Shown one piece after another: positions 60,687 to 64,000 of a DNA stretch of 64,000 bases. This DNA comes from an uncultured Candidatus Binatia bacterium (GTDB taxonomy: Bacteria; Desulfobacterota; Binatia; UBA9968; CAXXLF01). Every line of letters begins with the position of its first letter. Positions within the stretch are counted from its first letter, which is position 1. Location: assembly GCA_965218425.1 (NCBI GenBank), contig OZ244621.1:3808001-3872000 (forward strand), read 5' to 3'. The notes beneath the pieces were generated by a model. That model did not search any database. It was given only the letters and a program-made list of their open reading frames with translations, and was not told where the DNA came from. The translations under genes were made by a program, and so were the position numbers.

Positions 60687-61424
60687 CTAGAACGCATAGC
60701 GCAGGGAGAGCCGAAGCCCGTGGCTCGTCAGCTTCGCCCGCGTCACGGCGAGATCGAGCGTTGCGTTCTCGCCCAGCGATGTCGCCACCACCGCCGTCAG
60801 CATCCAGGCGAGATTGACCCGGCTTGCGCCCGGAACGATGGTCGTTGTCCTCGGAAACGTCATGCGCGTTTCATCAATCTCGGTACGGGCGGCGACGATG
60901 CCGGCCCCAATGAACGGACTGAAGGGGCCGAGCCTCGGCAGTCCCAGTCCGGGGAGGTCCACGTAAGCGGCCAGCATGCCGGACAGGGATGACAGATCCG
61001 CGGCGACCGATTGCCAGCGTGTGGGCTCTAAAAAATTGGCGCTGCCATCGAAGGTGAAACGCGGGCGGTATTCGACAAGAGCCTCGATCCGCGCGGCGGG
61101 CGTGGCGGCATGGCCGAGCCCGAATTCGAGACCCGTTACCGTTCCGAAATCGCCGAGTGAACGGAGTGGCGCGCCGTCGCCGCCCCTGCCGCAGCCGTAC
61201 AGCGCCGCCGGAGCAACGCTCGAACAGCTCCTGTCCATGAATCGCGTTTCGGCCGGACGGTCGAGGCCGATCCCGGCCCGCAGGTAAAAATCGTCAGCCG
61301 CTCCGGCCCCGGAGGCCATCGATGCTCCAGCCACGATCAAGGCCGCCACCCGGCGGTGCCATTTCGCCCGCCGCGCCGCTGTACGCGTCGGCCTGATGTC
61401 GAGAGAGAATGTCTTGCTTTTCAT
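60687..61424 (-). CDS. Outer-membrane beta-barrel protein (OmpA-TM/Ail-like), possibly internally deleted
   Basis: Signal peptide, FYLRAGIG, PFIGAG, terminal LRYAF. Confidence 0.65.
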   Translation of the reverse strand: MKSKTFSLDIRPTRTAARRAKWHRRVAALIVAGASMASGAGAADDFYLRAGIGLDRPAETRFMDRSCSSVAPAALYGCGRGGDGAPLRSLGDFGTVTGLEFGLGHAATPAARIEALVEYRPRFTFDGSANFLEPTRWQSVAADLSSLSGMLAAYVDLPGLGLPRLGPFSPFIGAGIVAARTEIDETRMTFPRTTTIVPGASRVNLAWMLTAVVATSLGENATLDLAVTRAKLTSHGLRLSLRYAF

Positions 61425-61921
61425 GATCGACCGGGATTGCCCATGTCTAACGCTTCAGGATAACCGAACGACTATCGTAACCCGAGCGGCAGCCAATCCG
61501 CGCGCCCGCCATTCCGTTTGCAAATAGTCCTTTGGTTTCAGTGCATCTTCTCATGGCCTGTTCGATGTGTGCTGATTTAAACGTCAATTTACATTCAATT
61601 AGTGATCGCCGCCCACTTCCGGACCGACCGCTGGCGGTTCGCGTTTGTAAACTGCTACTTCCCCAAGCGAAGCGGAAAAGACCGGGACAACAGCCGGGTC
61701 GGCTTCGGCCGCTGCCGCTACTGGATCACCTGCAGCAGTGCATCGATGTATTCGACATCGCGGCGGGCCAGAGGCATTGAGTACGACCGGGAAAAGATTG
61801 CAAAGTTTCGTCCCATTGAACCGAGTCTCTTGTTGGCTTTTGGAGCCATGCGTCGGAAGATGGTTACAAATTACGAGCAAAAACTGACGTATCGCTTTTT
61901 TCTCAATGATTTCATCACTTA

Positions 61922-63011
61922 TTGATCCTCGTATAATATAATGACATCAGAAAAGGCTGGACTGTTTCCAGAAGGCGGTAACGAGACGAGGCCTGCGGCG
62001 CATTCGGCAAAGGGCGCGACGAGCATGGTGGCTGAGTTGAGCGAAGTCCTTGGCACAGAAGTTGGGCAGTTCATGATGCTTCCAGTATCCCCAGAGGTAT
62101 TCGACGGGATTCAGTTCCGGTGCATAGGCCGGCAACCGTTCCAGCACCAACGCGCCTTCGGTAGCGGCAACAAAGTCCCGAACCAACCGGCTCTGGTGGC
62201 TGGGCAGTCCGTCCCACACTACCAGCAGCGGCCCGGAAACATGACGCATCAAGTGCTTCAGGAATTCGATGATCTGGGGGCTCTTGATGGCTCCCGGATA
62301 CACTCGAAAGTACAAGCGCCACCAGGTGACTCCGGCGATGGCCGACAGACTCTTCCAGTTGAAGTGATATTGCAGCACTGGCGTCTGTCCTCGGGGCGAC
62401 CACGTACGATACCGATTCGGCCGCTCGCTCAGCCCGCTTTCGTCCACGAACACTATGGTTCGCCCCTCGTTTCGGGCTTTTTTTTAATCTCCGGCCAGCG
62501 CTTCTTCTTCCACTGCCGGATCGCCTCTTCATCTCGTTCCAAGGCACGTCCCGTCGGCCGCTGGCAACTCCACCCCAACTGCCGCAATATCCGCCAAACA
62601 TAGCCCGGATGGTATGTGACTCCGCAGGCTTCCCCAATCAAGTGGGCCACTCGCCTTGCGGTCCACAGGCTCGTGTCGTACCCCAGCGCTTCGGGTCCCC
62701 GTTTCAAACCGCCCTCGATCTTCTTCAGATCCGCCGGGCTCAGTCGCGGCTTGCGTCCGGCACGCCCCGCCTGCTTGAGCCCGGCTCTGCCGCTCTCGGC
62801 CAACTGCCGCGCCCATCGATTCACCGACTGGCGGTGCACTCCCACCCAACGCGCCACCTCCGCCTCCGACAGCCCTCGCTTCAACAGCCTCCCCGCCTCC
62901 ATCCACCGTCGCTCCAATGCTTCAAAGTCCCGTCGCACTCCAAGTGGGTTTCCCATACCACCACTATACATTAAGTTCTTATCCAATGTTACTATATTAT
63001 GCGGTTCTCAA
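61922..63011 (-). mobile_element. IS630-family element, copy 2 (1090 bp)
   Basis: Near-identical to copy 1; TA duplication at 61920-21 and 63012-13. Confidence 0.93.
61947..62956 (-). CDS. IS630 transposase (two ORFs, probable -1 frameshift)
   Basis: As copy 1, with R>W and H>Y changes in ORF A. Confidence 0.86.
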
Positions 63012-63029
63012 TAGATCACTTAGAAGGAA

Positions 63030-63120
63030 TGGCGGAGAGAGAGGGATTCGAACCCTCGGTACCCTTTACGGGTACACACGCTTAGCAGGCGTGCGCCTTC
63101 AACCACTCGGCCATCTCTCC
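63030..63120 (-). tRNA. tRNA-Ser(GCT)
   Basis: GGAGAGATGGCCGAGTGG...GCCTGCTAAGCG, long variable arm, GGTTCGAATCC...CTCCGCCA. Confidence 0.95.
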
Positions 63121-63399
63121 GTCCGAGAAAGGTTGATTAATTCAAACTACCACAGTGGTGGCTTGTTTTCTACATATGATTCTGGGTCAAAAAGAACCGA
63201 TGGGGTGATCTGATAGCTATGAATTCCTCCGATATCTCTCAACCGCCGGATTGACTCCCACTTTTTTCCCTCGATCCCAAAGGTAAAAGCCTTTTCCGTT
63301 TTTCACTCCATTGAATCCGGCGGAAACCAGCTTTGAAAGCAGGTGGGATGCCTTGCAATTGGGGCCTAGCTCGCGCTCAAGCACACCTGCCACGGCCAG

Positions 63400-63939
63400 T
63401 TACGGGCGGGTGATAAATCGGGAAAACATTCCCATGAGCGCAGGGGTTGCCAAGCCTACGAAGATGGGGACCAGTAAACTAACCGCCATTCGGCAAAGGG
63501 CAAATTCGATTCGCATGAAAGGAATTTCAAACATCAGCGTACGGTATAACGGGATCACCGCCCAGGACGTCATGAAAGCGGCCAGGGGTCCGACACTGGC
63601 CCCCTTGTTCTGGAGGGCTGCCAGTAGCGGAAAATGCACATAGGGTCCTCCTGGAGTAAAGATCCCTGCAGCGGTGCCCACGAGAATACCGCGAAATCCT
63701 GAGCCCGCCCCCATCCACTGGTGCACCAGCGCCGGAGAGATGAGCACCTGAATCATGCCGCCCATAAGGAGCCCCAACACCATCCGAAACCAAACAAACT
63801 TGAACATGCCCACGGAAGTCACGAGACCTGTCTGAACCAGGTCCCATCCCTGGGAGAAGTAGACAACCAGGAACATAGTTACCACGACTCCCCCCAATGC
63901 TATGAGGGAATAATCCATTTTCTTTCTCCTTGATGCCAC
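63400..63939 (-). CDS. Predicted permease (DUF318/ArsP-like)
   Basis: Hydrophobic; WMGAGSGFRGI, TPGGPY..FP, AF.TSW. Confidence 0.75.
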   Translation of the reverse strand: MASRRKKMDYSLIALGGVVVTMFLVVYFSQGWDLVQTGLVTSVGMFKFVWFRMVLGLLMGGMIQVLISPALVHQWMGAGSGFRGILVGTAAGIFTPGGPYVHFPLLAALQNKGASVGPLAAFMTSWAVIPLYRTLMFEIPFMRIEFALCRMAVSLLVPIFVGLATPALMGMFSRFITRP

Positions 63940-64000
63940 GGTCGTTGCCTATTGAAGCCTTTCCTGTTGATCGCCGGATCCGATCATCCACCATGGAATC

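Noticed and set aside
60290..60690. Short ORFs and IS-end-like sequence
   Set aside because: No recognisable domain or paired inverted repeat; probably debris.
52881..63011. Composite transposon bounded by the two IS630 copies
   Set aside because: Each copy has its own TA duplication and the cargo includes tRNA-Arg and purU; independent insertions are more likely, though TA alone cannot fully discriminate.
1..64000. CRISPR array, rRNA, prophage or integrase
   Set aside because: No spaced direct repeats, rRNA-like tract, phage structural genes or recombinase seen.

Overview
Bacterial chromosomal window. Gene content resembles a deltaproteobacterial or Candidatus Binatia-like organism; this is inferred, not demonstrated. 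Housekeeping blocks are nadC-birA-coaX-EF-G paralogue, miaB-DUF151-TPR, pgsA-tRNA-Gly, tadA-tRNA-Ser, purU, tRNA-Arg and tRNA-Ser. They alternate with accessory catabolic genes: a flavin reductase/HO-like diiron oxidase/cyclase/DHDPS-like set, a family III CoA-transferase pair, a coxSML-like Mo-hydroxylase, and a ~20 kb minus-strand cluster (cupin, EutA-like, binding proteins, Rieske oxygenase, permease, hydantoinase A/B, UbiD, amidohydrolase, HO-like oxidase, BNR protein, SDR). Mobile DNA comprises two near-identical IS630 copies, each just 3' of a tRNA, decayed IS481 and IS5 elements, and a stretch of gene fragments at 57-62 kb. The strongest unexpected signal is the sulfide:quinone oxidoreductase-like gene at 9066. 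It appears to read through an in-frame TGA (10053-10055) at the position of the second catalytic Cys, followed by a SECIS-like hairpin and an intact SQR-type C-terminus. This makes it a candidate selenocysteine SQR-like enzyme, convergent with a persulfide dioxygenase-rhodanese fusion. The second lead is an EutA-like ATPase coupled to a double cupin, with no ethanolamine ammonia-lyase in the window. All calls come from motif recognition by eye; no searches were run.
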